A stretch of 27,577 nucleotides of DNA from Vibrio cholerae ATCC 14035 (GTDB lineage Bacteria; Pseudomonadota; Gammaproteobacteria; Enterobacterales; Vibrionaceae), in the NCBI RefSeq assembly GCF_000621645.1, contig NZ_KK211324.1, positions 1-27,577 of the forward strand, given 5' to 3'. This document shows positions 9,140-19,627 of the stretch, piece after piece. The notes under the pieces were generated by a model. The model saw only the letters and a list, made by a program, of their open reading frames with translations. It had not been told where the DNA came from and made no database searches. The position numbers and the translations under genes are program-made. How positions within the stretch are numbered: the first letter of the stretch is position 1; each line of letters starts with the position of its first letter.

Positions 9140-12100
9140 TCAAGACAGACTATTCAGTAAGGCTCTCAGTTTGAGGGGCTTAATGGGTTTAGCCATAAAG
9201 CGAAAACCGCTTGATTCAATCCCATCCAAGATATCGGGATTGCGATCGGCACTGATGATCACGCCAGCGAAACAATCCCCCAAACGCAAGCGGCACTGCT
9301 GCAGCACTTCAAGCCCTGTCCGTCCGTTATCCAAGCGGTAATCAGACAAAATCACATCGGGGATCCATTGCCCTTCCAAGGCTTTGAGGCTGCCATGAAT
9401 ATCGGTCGCGGTTTTGACTTCACACCCCCAACGCTCCAGCAAATCACGCATCCCAACCAAAATATCTGGCTCGTTATCGACACACAGCACACGCAGATGT
9501 TGCAGCTCTGAACCTTTCTCATTGACCATCGCAACCGTCTGAGTGAGTGACGACGGCATGGGTTGAGCGCGATCTAAAGTAATCGAGAAAACACTGCCCT
9601 GCCCCGGCCAAGAGCGCATCGAAATGTGATGACCCAGTACATGGGCAATCCCTTTCGAAATCGCCAGCCCAAGCCCTAGACCTTGGTCGGAGCGTACCTG
9701 CCCACCGCGGTTAAACTCCTCAAAAATTTCCTGCTGCTTATCTTGCTCAATACCAATCCCATTATCCCACACATCAATACGCACTTGCCCGGTGGCGACT
9801 CTGCGCACCCCGAGAATCACTTTGCCGTTCGGGTTATAACGAAACGCATTAGTCAGGAAATTTTGGATTACTCGGCGCAGCAATTTGGGATCTGAATGCA
9901 CCCAAAGTAATGATGGCACTAGGCTAAATTGCACACCTTGTTTAGCGGCGAGGGCACTGAACTCGGCATTGAGATTCGACAATACATCCATAATCGCAAA
10001 ACTGTGCGGATGCAGATCGATTTTGCCGGACTCCAAACGCGAAATATCCAGCAAATCGCTGATCAAATCCTCCGCCGCGCCCAAAGCACTTTCAATATGG
10101 TGGGCAAGTTTCTGCACCTCCGCCTCTTTAGCCACTTCAGATAAAGATGAGGCAAACAGGCGTGCGGCATTCAATGGCTGCATCAAATCATGGCTGACCG
10201 CCGCCAAAAAGCGCGATTTGGATTGCGACTCGCGCTCCGAACGCTGGGTCGCGGTGACTAACTGTTTATTGAGCTTTTCTAGCTCCAAGGTACGCTGCAG
10301 TACACGCTCTTCTAGCGTTTCGTTGGCCATTTTCAGGCTTTGTTCCGCTTCTCTAAACACCGTAATGTCAGTAAAGCTCATCACAAATCCACCGCCGGGC
10401 ATCTGGTTCCCCTGCACCTCAATCACTCGCCCATCCGCCCGCACTCGCGAGGAGGTATGACTTGTCCCTTGCTCTAAGTGGTAGACCCGTCGCCGTACGT
10501 GATCTTCTGGATCGCCCGGCCCACATAAACCTTGCTGCGCGTTATGGCGGATCACATCCGCAATCGGCCGTCCCACTTGAATCAATCCCGGCGGAAACTC
10601 AAACAGCTCAAGATAGCGCTGGTTCCATGCCACTAAACGTAACTGTTTATCCACCACGGCAATACCTTGGCCGATGTGTTCAATCGCCCCTTGCAACAAG
10701 CCGCGGCTGAAATCGTACAGCTCGGACGCCTCATCGACTATGGTCGCCACTTCCTCAAGCTGCATTTTACGTCCTTGCAGCGCCGAGGTGAGCACCAACT
10801 TAGCGGACGAAGCACCAAATACCCCAGCCAGTACGCGTTCGGTATGGCGGATCAAGGCGGAAGAGGCTTGCTGATTCGGTAGCAAGGTTTCACGCTGCTG
10901 ACTCCAGTATTGAGCAAAGGCGTTGCGTACCCGAGTCCGCCCCACAAAACGTGAGGCCAACATTTCAAGCTCACCCACAGTCACGCGACTTTGGTAAAGG
11001 CTCATGTTTTCGTTTTCGGGCAGCGGAGTACCGACAAACGCCGCGGCTTGCAAACGCTCACTTAAGCTGGCGCGCGTCACCAAAGACACACCGATATAGC
11101 ACAAGGTATTAAGGGTCACGCTCAGTAGCATGCCCCAATCCGCACTTTTTAACCCTAGAGCCACCAACCAATCTGGTGGAGTGATCACCCACAGCAAGAC
11201 GTTATTGCTGGCATCGCCCGCCAGCATATCGGTGGCACTCATCAAGGTGATAAGCCACAGGGTAAAACCGACCGCTAAACCAACATAAACCCCTTTACGA
11301 TTGCCTTCTCGCCAGTACATACCGCCAAAAATCGCAGGGGCAAACTGGGTAATCGCTGAAAACGATAGAAACCCAATCGCCGATAACGAAGGAATGCTGT
11401 CGAGTACCAGATAAAAACCCCATGCACCGAACAGCAAAAGTAGGATTAAGGTGCGGCGGATCACCACCAACAAACCGGAAAAATGTCGATGAGTGCGCTG
11501 CGACAAGCGCATCCGGCGTAGTAGTAAAGGCATCACTAAATCATTGGATACCATGATCGCAAGGGCAATGGTCGAGACAATCACCATCCCCGAAGCTGCC
11601 GATGTTCCGCCCAAAAAAGCCAACAATGCTATATCGTGAGCCCCAGCAAACACAGGTAGGCTAATCACAAACGTATCGGGTGAGGTGTTTGGCAGTAAAC
11701 CTTGTCCCGTCCAAGCAATCGGCAACACAAACAGGCTCATTAAGAGAAGATAAACGGGAAAGAGCCAGCGCGCGGTGTGCAGATCTTGCGGGCGCTCGTT
11801 TTCAACGACCATGGTATGAAACTGGCGCGGCAGACACACAATCGCAATCATGGTCAGCAAGGTATGAATCAATAAGGTCGGCCAGTTTGGGGCTTGGTAA
11901 GTGCTGGCCGCAATTGTTGAAAGCTCTAATCCATCGGTACGCCACGCCAGATACGCGATAAATACCCCAACGCAGAGAAAGGCCACCAATTTGACGATCG
12001 ATTCAAACGCAATCGCCATCATCATTCCGCGGTGATGCTCGGTATTATCAATATGCCGAGTGCCAAACAGCATGGTAAACAGAGCCAGCGCCAATACCAC

Positions 12101-12583
12101 AAACCAAGATACATGCGATTCTTGGTAGCCGTACACTGTCATTAAATCGGGAGCGACAATGTTCAATCCCATCGTAATGCCGCGCAGTTGTAGCGCGATA
12201 TACGGCAAAATACCCAAGACCGCGATCACCGTCACCGCCACGGCCAAACCCTGCGATTTACCATAACGGGCGGCAATAAAATCGGCGAGCGAAGTAATGT
12301 GCTCACGTTTAGCAATCAAAATCAGCCGCGCTAAAACTCGCCAACCAAACACAAACATCAAGATCGGGGCGATATAGATAGGCAGAAACGACCAAGGATT
12401 GACACTCGCCTGCCCGACTGTGCCGTAAAACGTCCACGAGGTACAGTAAACCGCAATCGACAAGCTATAGATCCACGGCCGCCAATTGGCGAGCCAACGA
12501 GTTTGCCTGTCACCATACCACGCAATCAAAAACAGCACGCCGAGATACGCGAGCGAAACGGGAATTACCAACCAACCTTGCAT
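9140..12583 (-). CDS. crbS: Hybrid sensor histidine kinase with an N-terminal sodium:solute-symporter-like membrane domain (CrbS/CbrA type)
   Basis: 1147 aa. About 500 aa of multi-TM SSS-like domain is followed by a PAS-like region, the H-box SHDLMQPLNAARLF, ATPase boxes (DNGIGI, GLGLGLAI) and a C-terminal receiver (VILSDYRLDNG...KP). Its location near acs matches the V. cholerae CrbS locus as I remember it. Confidence 0.8.
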   Translation of the reverse strand: MQGWLVIPVSLAYLGVLFLIAWYGDRQTRWLANWRPWIYSLSIAVYCTSWTFYGTVGQASVNPWSFLPIYIAPILMFVFGWRVLARLILIAKREHITSLADFIAARYGKSQGLAVAVTVIAVLGILPYIALQLRGITMGLNIVAPDLMTVYGYQESHVSWFVVLALALFTMLFGTRHIDNTEHHRGMMMAIAFESIVKLVAFLCVGVFIAYLAWRTDGLELSTIAASTYQAPNWPTLLIHTLLTMIAIVCLPRQFHTMVVENERPQDLHTARWLFPVYLLLMSLFVLPIAWTGQGLLPNTSPDTFVISLPVFAGAHDIALLAFLGGTSAASGMVIVSTIALAIMVSNDLVMPLLLRRMRLSQRTHRHFSGLLVVIRRTLILLLLFGAWGFYLVLDSIPSLSAIGFLSFSAITQFAPAIFGGMYWREGNRKGVYVGLAVGFTLWLITLMSATDMLAGDASNNVLLWVITPPDWLVALGLKSADWGMLLSVTLNTLCYIGVSLVTRASLSERLQAAAFVGTPLPENENMSLYQSRVTVGELEMLASRFVGRTRVRNAFAQYWSQQRETLLPNQQASSALIRHTERVLAGVFGASSAKLVLTSALQGRKMQLEEVATIVDEASELYDFSRGLLQGAIEHIGQGIAVVDKQLRLVAWNQRYLELFEFPPGLIQVGRPIADVIRHNAQQGLCGPGDPEDHVRRRVYHLEQGTSHTSSRVRADGRVIEVQGNQMPGGGFVMSFTDITVFREAEQSLKMANETLEERVLQRTLELEKLNKQLVTATQRSERESQSKSRFLAAVSHDLMQPLNAARLFASSLSEVAKEAEVQKLAHHIESALGAAEDLISDLLDISRLESGKIDLHPHSFAIMDVLSNLNAEFSALAAKQGVQFSLVPSLLWVHSDPKLLRRVIQNFLTNAFRYNPNGKVILGVRRVATGQVRIDVWDNGIGIEQDKQQEIFEEFNRGGQVRSDQGLGLGLAISKGIAHVLGHHISMRSWPGQGSVFSITLDRAQPMPSSLTQTVAMVNEKGSELQHLRVLCVDNEPDILVGMRDLLERWGCEVKTATDIHGSLKALEGQWIPDVILSDYRLDNGRTGLEVLQQCRLRLGDCFAGVIISADRNPDILDGIESSGFRFMAKPIKPLKLRALLNSLS

Positions 12584-12606
12584 CAGACATCCTTGCTGTT
12601 GCGAAA

Positions 12607-12634
12607 TGAAAAAAGCCTCTCGATTGAGAGGCTT
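12607..12634 (-). terminator. Rho-independent terminator downstream of the MFS gene, abutting the crbS start
   Basis: Arms aagcctctc (12613-12621) / gagaggctt (12626-12634), followed on the - strand by tttttt. Confidence 0.6.
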
Positions 12635-12675
12635 CTATTAAAACGAGGTTGTTTTTTGAACTCAATCAGCACGAC

Positions 12676-13866
12676 TTAATTCTGTGCTTCAGGCTCCGCT
12701 TTCAGTGCATTGCCATCTTGTACCGTTGAAGGCGGAGTATCAACGCGGATCAATAATGCCAATCCGCCCATTGCGGCCATCGCCCAGAATACGGCTGCGC
12801 CCCAATGCTCATAGCCCCAACCACTGAGAGTGGTCACCGCCGCAATCACCGCGCCGAGTGGAATCGCGTTATACAGAGCTTGCAGTGCCACCATTTTATT
12901 TTGCGGCGCATGCTGGATGTACTGAATCGCGGCGATGTGCGCGATAGCAAACGTGACCCCATGCAGCAGTTGAATCGCCACTAAGGCCAGAATGGTGGTC
13001 GTGGAGGCGGTTAAACCCCAACGTGCAATAACCCCCAACGACGCTACGAAGAATAGTGTGCGCAAACTCCAGCCCGCGAACCAGCGCTTACTGAAAGCAA
13101 ACACCAAGACTTCCGCGACCACACCTAAGCTCCATAAGTAACCGATGATATCTTCTGAGTGACCCGCTTGTTTCCAATAAATCGAGCCGAAACTGTAATA
13201 CGCCGCATGACTGCCTTGGATTAAGGCCACCAGCAGCAGAAATTTCACCACAGGCCACTCGGTAAGAAGCTCCTTCAGCTTCGGGCGCACCGCATGAGCC
13301 TCGTGCTCAGTGACTGGCATCGGTGTAATTTGGCGCAAACTCAACAGCCAAGAGACGGCGACCCCCACCAGCGCCGTGTACAAAATCATCAAGCTGCCCC
13401 ACTTGGCGACCAAGAATCCGACCACAGTCGATCCGGCAATAAACGCGATCGACCCCCACAAACGAGTACGGCCATAGTCGAGCATTTTCAGCTTGGCGTA
13501 GTAGTTGGCCATGGCATCAGAAATCGGCACCACAGGGCCACAGCATAAGTTAAACAGCACAGTGGCCAGCGCCATCAGCCAAAAACTGCCGCCCGTAAAA
13601 AAGTGAAAACCGACAAACAGCATTGCCGCGAAACTGAGCCAACGCAGCGCGGGCATCAGTTGCTCAACACGGTGTAAACGCGGCGTCAGCACCAAATTCG
13701 CTACACAGCGCGTCGCAAAGCCTATCCCAACCAAGACACCTATGTCGGTCGCTGAAACGCCTTGGTCTTCAAACCAGAGTGACCAAAATGGCAAATACAC
13801 GCCGTAAGCAAAGAAAAAACCGATGAAATATTGCGAAATCCAACCATAGGGAGTGGGGGTAAACAT
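12676..13866 (-). CDS. MFS transporter, HcaT (3-phenylpropionate permease)-like family
   Basis: 396 aa and 12-TM-like. Collinear with remembered E. coli HcaT: YGRTRLWGSIAFI, LIQGSHAAYYSF, GYLWSLGVVAEV. Confidence 0.8.
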   Translation of the reverse strand: MFTPTPYGWISQYFIGFFFAYGVYLPFWSLWFEDQGVSATDIGVLVGIGFATRCVANLVLTPRLHRVEQLMPALRWLSFAAMLFVGFHFFTGGSFWLMALATVLFNLCCGPVVPISDAMANYYAKLKMLDYGRTRLWGSIAFIAGSTVVGFLVAKWGSLMILYTALVGVAVSWLLSLRQITPMPVTEHEAHAVRPKLKELLTEWPVVKFLLLVALIQGSHAAYYSFGSIYWKQAGHSEDIIGYLWSLGVVAEVLVFAFSKRWFAGWSLRTLFFVASLGVIARWGLTASTTTILALVAIQLLHGVTFAIAHIAAIQYIQHAPQNKMVALQALYNAIPLGAVIAAVTTLSGWGYEHWGAAVFWAMAAMGGLALLIRVDTPPSTVQDGNALKAEPEAQN

Positions 13867-14125
13867 GATCGTTCCTAATCAAAAAGGGAGGTATAAAGCG
13901 CGCACATTATGCATGTGGATTCGCGTCTAAAAAAGGGAAGATTACGCAACTCATCGTTTCCCGATTGCTTATATCAACAGATTCACCGTCAAGTTACCGG
14001 TGCCAATCGGCGGATCATCGCAGCGTAGAAAAGCCTTTGTTGCCTGCATTAGACCAAAGTCGTCTGGAGGGGCAGGGGAAATTTGTCACACTTAGTGAAC
14101 CTGTCCCGATGATGAGTGCCACCTC

Positions 14126-15949
14126 ATGCCTGATAAATTCAATATGCAGTCACCACCGTTTAATCGACTGACGGCTGAGCAGCAACATCAATTGCGCAGT
14201 GCTTTGGATGTCGCCTATTTCCGCCAACGCGATGTGTTGATTGATGCGCAGCACCCTGTGACTCATCTGCATATTCTGATCAAAGGCACGGTAGAGGAAC
14301 GCAGCCCCGACGGCAAAGAGGTGTTTGCACACTACGCCAATGATGATCTGTTTGATGTACGCGCCATGTTTGAAGAACTGAGCAAACATCAATATATGGC
14401 GCTCGAAGACACCCTCTCCTACTTGCTGCCCAAATCGATTTTTTTGCAGCTGTACGAGCAAAATGGCGAGTTCGCCGCCTATTTCGATAATAACCTCGCC
14501 AAACGGCAAGAGTTGATTGAAGCCGCGGCTCAGCAGAAAAACATTGCCGAATTCATTCTGACCAAAGTCGACCGTTCCATTTATCACCCGCCTTTTATTC
14601 TGTCGCCGGAGCAGCCGATCCACAGCGTCACACAACAACTCAAAGAGCGCGGGATTGATGCGGCTTTAGTCGAACTCCATCCCAGCGACCCAAGATTGGC
14701 GCACAACCACGCTCACCCTTATGCGATTGTAACGCGAACCAATATGCTGCATGCAGTGATGCTTGAAGGCCGCCCTTTGGATACGCCCGTCGGCGAGATT
14801 GCCACTTTTCCGGTATTGCACGTGGATGAGGGTGACTTCTTGTTCAATGCCATGGTGATGATGACGCGCCAACGCATCAAGCGAGTCATGGTGTGCCTGG
14901 GCAATCAAGCCGTGGGTTTACTGTCGCTGATTCAAATACTGAGCGCCTTCTCTACTCACTCTCATGTTTTGACACTGGCGATTGCGCGTGCAGCCTCGAT
15001 TGATGAACTGGCACTTGCCGCCAACAAACAGCGCGAACTGGTCGAAAGCCTGATGTCACGAGGGGTTCGCACCCGTTTTGTGATGGAACTGATTGCCGCA
15101 GTCAATGAGCAGATCATCGAGAAAGCCTTTGAGTTAGTGGTTCCTCCAGCGTTGCACGATCAGTGCTGCCTAGTAGTGCTCGGCTCGGAAGGACGTGGCG
15201 AGCAGATCCTCAAAACCGATCAAGACAACGCGCTCATCATTCAAGATGGTTTGGAATGGCACCAGTGCCAGCCCATCATGGAGACGCTCACCCATACCCT
15301 GCTGCAGCTCGGCTATCCCCTGTGTCCCGGCAAAGTGATGGTCAATAACCCGAAATGGGTGCGCAGCCAGAGCGATTGGAAACGCACTCTGACTGATTGG
15401 GTAAAAGCCGCTCGCCCCGAACAAGTGATGGATATTGCCATTTTTGCTGACGCGCATGCGGTGGCAGGAAATCGTGCGCTGCTTGCGCCTGTGAAAGCGC
15501 ATTTGCAGCACTTGATGGCCGGTCAAGAGCTCATCTTGGCGGAATTTACTCGCCCAGCACTCAATTTTTCCGTACCGCTGACCCTGTTTGGTAACGTAAA
15601 AAGCAGCAAGCAAGGGATTGATATAAAGCAAGGCGGGATTTTCCCTATCGTACACGGCGTGCGCGCTTTAAGTTTGGAGCACGCGATTGATGCCAATAAC
15701 ACCTTTGATCGGATTGAAGCTTTAGTCAAAAAACGAGTTTTAGAACAAGAGACTGGCGATAACTTAAGTGAAGCCTTTAAGCTGTTTTTAAAACTGCGCC
15801 TTGCCCAGCAGCTTGGCAATCAGCACAGCACCAACCAACTCGACTTCAAACAACTCGACCGCACTGAACGCGATTTATTGCGCCATAGCCTGCATGTGGT
15901 GAAAAAATTTAAGCAGTGGCTCGGTTATCACTATCAAATTCGCGATTGA
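14126..15949 (+). CDS. cNMP-binding / tandem-CBS / DUF294-type putative nucleotidyltransferase
   Basis: 607 aa. An N-terminal cyclic-nucleotide-binding-like fold is followed by a CBS-pair-like middle. The nucleotidyltransferase core has GSEGRGEQILKTDQDNALI (the G-S-x-G...D-x-D signature), with a helical substrate-binding C-terminus. An alternative ATG at 14144 is possible. Confidence 0.75.
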   Translation: MPDKFNMQSPPFNRLTAEQQHQLRSALDVAYFRQRDVLIDAQHPVTHLHILIKGTVEERSPDGKEVFAHYANDDLFDVRAMFEELSKHQYMALEDTLSYLLPKSIFLQLYEQNGEFAAYFDNNLAKRQELIEAAAQQKNIAEFILTKVDRSIYHPPFILSPEQPIHSVTQQLKERGIDAALVELHPSDPRLAHNHAHPYAIVTRTNMLHAVMLEGRPLDTPVGEIATFPVLHVDEGDFLFNAMVMMTRQRIKRVMVCLGNQAVGLLSLIQILSAFSTHSHVLTLAIARAASIDELALAANKQRELVESLMSRGVRTRFVMELIAAVNEQIIEKAFELVVPPALHDQCCLVVLGSEGRGEQILKTDQDNALIIQDGLEWHQCQPIMETLTHTLLQLGYPLCPGKVMVNNPKWVRSQSDWKRTLTDWVKAARPEQVMDIAIFADAHAVAGNRALLAPVKAHLQHLMAGQELILAEFTRPALNFSVPLTLFGNVKSSKQGIDIKQGGIFPIVHGVRALSLEHAIDANNTFDRIEALVKKRVLEQETGDNLSEAFKLFLKLRLAQQLGNQHSTNQLDFKQLDRTERDLLRHSLHVVKKFKQWLGYHYQIRD

Positions 15950-15957
15950 GGTGGCTG

Positions 15958-16587
15958 ATGAACTGGTTATTACGCCGTTATTGGCACGCGAAACTCAAAG
16001 GTTCTCCCTATCAACGGCTGTTTGAAACCGCGCGCCATCACGAGTACGTCTCGCTCGACTGTGAAACCACCAGCTTAGATCCTAAACGCGCTGAGTTAGT
16101 GACCATCGCCGCAACCAAGATCGTTGATAACCGCATTATCACCAGTCAACCCTTTGAGGTGCGCCTGTGCGCGCCACAATCGCTCGACTCGGGTTCAGTG
16201 CGGATTCACCGTATCCGCCACCAAGATCTGCACGATGGTCTGAGCGAAAAAGAGGCGCTTCTCCAACTGATTGAGTTTATTGGCAATCGTCCCTTGGTCG
16301 GCTACCACATTCGTTACGATAAGACGATTTTGGATATCGCCTGTCGTAAACATCTCGGGTTTCCACTCCCCAACCGACTGATTGAGGTGAGCCAGATCTA
16401 TCACGATAAACTGGAAAAACACCTGCCCAATGCCTATTTCGATCTCAGTTTAGAGGCGATCTGCCGCCATCTGGATCTGCCACTGCAAGACAAACATGAT
16501 GCGCTGCAAGATGCGATTGCCGCCGCTTTGGTGTTTGTGCGTTTAACCAAAGGCGATCTGCCACAATTTATTGCACCGGGTGTGTAA
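15958..16587 (+). CDS. DEDDh 3'-5' exonuclease (DnaQ/epsilon-like)
   Basis: Exo I motif SLDCETTSLD, Exo II-like GYHIRYD, Exo III HDALQDA. The ATG at 15958 is preceded by gaggtgg and lies 8 nt after the upstream stop. The track start at 15916 overlaps the upstream gene. Confidence 0.85.
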   Translation: MNWLLRRYWHAKLKGSPYQRLFETARHHEYVSLDCETTSLDPKRAELVTIAATKIVDNRIITSQPFEVRLCAPQSLDSGSVRIHRIRHQDLHDGLSEKEALLQLIEFIGNRPLVGYHIRYDKTILDIACRKHLGFPLPNRLIEVSQIYHDKLEKHLPNAYFDLSLEAICRHLDLPLQDKHDALQDAIAAALVFVRLTKGDLPQFIAPGV

Positions 16588-16789
16588 CGCCGAAAGTCGG
16601 CGGCGAGATCTCTCCCGCTTGTTTGCCGCTTATTCGCCTTGCACACATATCCCATCAGGCTTTCATCCTAAAGTCTAATTGTAGAAATCCCTGCTCTGAC
16701 TGAGAGTTATAAACGAAACGAATTTCCTCCTCTCGTGTTTGAAACGCGCCCTTTCAGGAAATTTGCCGAATTCACAAGGAGAACCCGTA

Positions 16790-18739
16790 ATGAGTGAAGC
16801 CCATATTTATCCGGTCAAACAGAACATCAAAGCGCATACGCATGCCGATAACGACACCTATCTGGCGATGTATCAACAGTCCATCAAAGATCCGGAAGGC
16901 TTTTGGAGCGAACACGGCAAAATCGTCGACTGGATTAAACCTTTCACCAAGGTGAAACACACCTCTTTTGACCCAGGGCACATCGATATCCGCTGGTTTG
17001 AAGATGGCACGTTAAACGTTTCTGCCAACTGTATTGATCGCCATTTGGCGACCCGTGGCGACCAAGTCGCGATCATTTGGGAAGGCGACGACCCGACTCA
17101 AGACAAAACTCTGACGTATAAGCAACTGCACCAAGAAGTGTGCCGTTTTGCCAATGCGCTGAAAGAGCAAGGCGTACGCAAGGGTGATGTTGTCTGTATC
17201 TACATGCCTATGGTGCCAGAAGCGGCGGTTGCTATGTTGGCTTGTACCCGTATTGGCGCAGTGCACACTATCGTCTTTGGTGGCTTCTCGCCAGAAGCAC
17301 TGGCTGGACGCATTATCGACTCGAACGCCAAATTAGTGATCACTGCCGACGAAGGTGTTCGCGGCGGCCGCGCCGTCCCCCTAAAGAAAAACGTCGATGA
17401 AGCACTGTGCAATCCAGAAGTCAAAAACATCAGTAAAGTGATGGTTCTTAAGCGTACTGGCGGCAATGTCGCTTGGCATGAACACCGTGACATTTGGTGG
17501 CATGAAGCAACCGCAAAAGCCTCCGATAATTGTCCACCAGAAGAGATGAAAGCCGAAGATCCGCTGTTTATCCTCTACACCTCTGGCTCAACCGGTAAAC
17601 CGAAAGGCGTATTGCACACCACTGGCGGTTATTTGGTTTATGCGACTATGACCTTCAAATATGTATTCGACTATCAGCCCAATGAAGTGTTCTGGTGTAC
17701 CGCTGATGTGGGTTGGATAACGGGTCACTCCTATCTGGTGTATGGCCCATTGGCGAATGGCGCAAAAACCATTCTGTTTGAAGGCGTGCCAAACTACCCC
17801 ACCACCGCACGCATGAGCGAGGTGGTAGACAAGCATAAGGTCAATATCCTTTACACTGCGCCAACGGCGATCCGTGCGCTGATGGCCAAAGGTGATGAAG
17901 CGATTAAAGGCACTAGCCGTGACAGCTTGCGCATTATGGGCTCTGTGGGTGAACCGATTAACCCAGAAGCGTGGGAGTGGTACTACCGCACGATCGGTAA
18001 CGAAGAATCGCCGATTGTCGATACTTGGTGGCAAACCGAAACCGGCGGTATCTTGATCACACCACTGCCGGGGGCAACGGCGTTGAAACCGGGTTCGGCC
18101 ACACGCCCCTTCTTTGGTGTGCAGCCAGCGTTAGTCGATAACATGGGCGAAATCGTGGAAGGCGCAACTGAAGGCAACTTGGTGCTGCTCGATTCATGGC
18201 CGGGTCAAATGCGCACTGTGTATGGCGATCACGACCGCTTTGAACAAACCTACTTCTCTACCTTTAAAGGCATGTACTTTACCGGTGACGGTGCGCGTCG
18301 CGATGAAGACGGTTACTACTGGATCACAGGCCGTGTCGATGACGTACTCAACGTTTCGGGTCACCGTATGGGAACGGCAGAAATTGAATCCGCACTGGTG
18401 GCATTCAATAAGATTGCAGAAGCCGCCGTGGTCGGTGTTCCACACGATATCAAAGGCCAAGCGATTTACGCTTACATCACACTCAATGATGGGGTGTATC
18501 CGAGCGCTGAACTGCATAAAGAAGTGAAAGATTGGGTACGCAAAGAGATTGGCGCTATCGCGACACCGGATGTCCTACACTGGACCGATGCGCTACCGAA
18601 AACCCGTTCAGGTAAAATTATGCGCCGTATTTTGCGTAAAATTGCCACCGGCGATACCAGCAACTTGGGGGATACCTCAACGCTGGCCGATCCAAGCGTG
18701 GTTGACCGCCTGATTGCCGAAAAAGCCCAACTTAAATAA
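16790..18739 (+). CDS. acs: Acetyl-CoA synthetase
   Basis: 649 aa from MSEAHIYPV with SD aaggaga. Motifs include the AMP-binding [19 protein letters not shown] and the C-terminal [17 protein letters not shown]. Confidence 0.97.
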   Translation: MSEAHIYPVKQNIKAHTHADNDTYLAMYQQSIKDPEGFWSEHGKIVDWIKPFTKVKHTSFDPGHIDIRWFEDGTLNVSANCIDRHLATRGDQVAIIWEGDDPTQDKTLTYKQLHQEVCRFANALKEQGVRKGDVVCIYMPMVPEAAVAMLACTRIGAVHTIVFGGFSPEALAGRIIDSNAKLVITADEGVRGGRAVPLKKNVDEALCNPEVKNISKVMVLKRTGGNVAWHEHRDIWWHEATAKASDNCPPEEMKAEDPLFILYTSGSTGKPKGVLHTTGGYLVYATMTFKYVFDYQPNEVFWCTADVGWITGHSYLVYGPLANGAKTILFEGVPNYPTTARMSEVVDKHKVNILYTAPTAIRALMAKGDEAIKGTSRDSLRIMGSVGEPINPEAWEWYYRTIGNEESPIVDTWWQTETGGILITPLPGATALKPGSATRPFFGVQPALVDNMGEIVEGATEGNLVLLDSWPGQMRTVYGDHDRFEQTYFSTFKGMYFTGDGARRDEDGYYWITGRVDDVLNVSGHRMGTAEIESALVAFNKIAEAAVVGVPHDIKGQAIYAYITLNDGVYPSAELHKEVKDWVRKEIGAIATPDVLHWTDALPKTRSGKIMRRILRKIATGDTSNLGDTSTLADPSVVDRLIAEKAQLK

Positions 18740-18803
18740 CAAACCCTGTGGTTTGAGGTTGTAGCCTCAAGTCACAAGGGAATACACATTTGCTTGCGCT
18801 TTC

Positions 18804-18840
18804 AAACTCCGGTGCACCTCATGGCCGGAGTTTTTGTTTT
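18804..18840 (+). terminator. Rho-independent terminator downstream of acs
   Basis: Arms aaactccgg (18804-18812) / ccggagttt (18825-18833), followed by tttttgtttt. Confidence 0.7.
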
Positions 18841-19118
18841 CTCTCGCCTATCTTCTGGGAACATGCGCTGAACTTTCCTGTTCAAGCCGATTAGGCGATG
18901 GCAAATCCCTCTAGCCCCCTATTTTGTTCACTTCCTTACCCATTTCACGCCCGAAACTAGGTGATTAGACCAGTAAATTGCTGCCATTTGTTATGAATTG
19001 GCTATAATCGTGGGCAATTTAATAAAATCCGCGAACTTTTGACAAAAACTTTATGTCGAATAAGTAAATTTGTGGGAAACTGCTTATTCACCACACAATA
19101 AAGGAAGATGACTACACA

Positions 19119-19571
19119 ATGACTGCAAAATCTCGCATTCTTGTTCTTAACGGACCAAACCTCAATTTATTAGGTTTGCGTGAACCTACCCACTACGGCT
19201 CACAAACCTTAGAACAGATCGTAGCAACATTGCGCGATCAAGCGCAAAAAGCAGACATTGAGTTAGAACATCTGCAATCTAACCGCGAATATGAGTTGAT
19301 TGAAGCCATTCACCAAGCCTTCGGCAAAGTGGATTTCATCATTATCAATCCGGCGGCCTTTACTCATACCAGTGTGGCGTTACGCGATGCACTGCTTGGG
19401 GTGGCGATTCCTTTTATTGAAGTGCATTTGTCCAACGTTCATGCACGCGAGCCCTTCCGTCATCACTCTTACTTGTCTGATAAAGCACAAGGGGTGATTT
19501 GCGGTTTAGGTGCCCAAGGTTACGAATTCGCTTTGTCTGCTGCAATCCGAGCATTGCAGGCCAAGCAATAA
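19119..19571 (+). CDS. aroQ: 3-dehydroquinate dehydratase, type II
   Basis: 150 aa with [27 protein letters not shown] and [17 protein letters not shown]. Conserved position upstream of accBC. Confidence 0.95.
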   Translation: MTAKSRILVLNGPNLNLLGLREPTHYGSQTLEQIVATLRDQAQKADIELEHLQSNREYELIEAIHQAFGKVDFIIINPAAFTHTSVALRDALLGVAIPFIEVHLSNVHAREPFRHHSYLSDKAQGVICGLGAQGYEFALSAAIRALQAKQ

Positions 19572-19627
19572 AGACACTCTGCGGCCCATTTGGGCTGTCT
19601 TATTCACAAGATAAAAGAGAAAGAAAC

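Noticed and set aside
9885-10460. 191-aa + strand ORF and neighbouring + strand ORFs inside 9123..11961
   Set aside because: They are antisense to the 1147-aa sensor kinase, whose kinase and receiver motifs are clear. They are shadow ORFs.
14150-15819. - strand ORFs 14150..14638, 14666..14908, 15170..15655 and 15523..15819
   Set aside because: They are antisense to the 607-aa nucleotidyltransferase ORF, which has recognisable domain signatures. None has motifs of its own.
15916-15957. Upstream alternative start for the exonuclease ORF
   Set aside because: It overlaps the preceding gene, whereas the ATG at 15958 has a well-placed gaggtgg SD.
16761-16775. CRP-like half site (tcaca) upstream of acs
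   Set aside because: Only the right half matches the consensus, and the site sits against the ribosome-binding site, which is not a plausible activator position.
16739-16789. Upstream alternative start for acs
   Set aside because: Acs homology and a strong SD (aaggaga) point to the ATG at 16790.
17588-18034. 148-aa - strand ORF and other - strand ORFs within acs
   Set aside because: They are antisense to acs. They are shadow ORFs.
18978-19008. Perfect -10 hexamer tataat (19003-19008) upstream of aroQ, with a possible -35 ttgctg
   Set aside because: The spacer to the best -35 candidate is 19 bp and there is no proper extended -10. It is plausible as the aroQ-accBC promoter but not supportable without transcription start data.
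19499-19627. Upstream extension of accB overlapping aroQ
   Set aside because: BCCP homology begins at MDIRKIKKL (ATG at 19628). The extension uses an alternative start inside aroQ.
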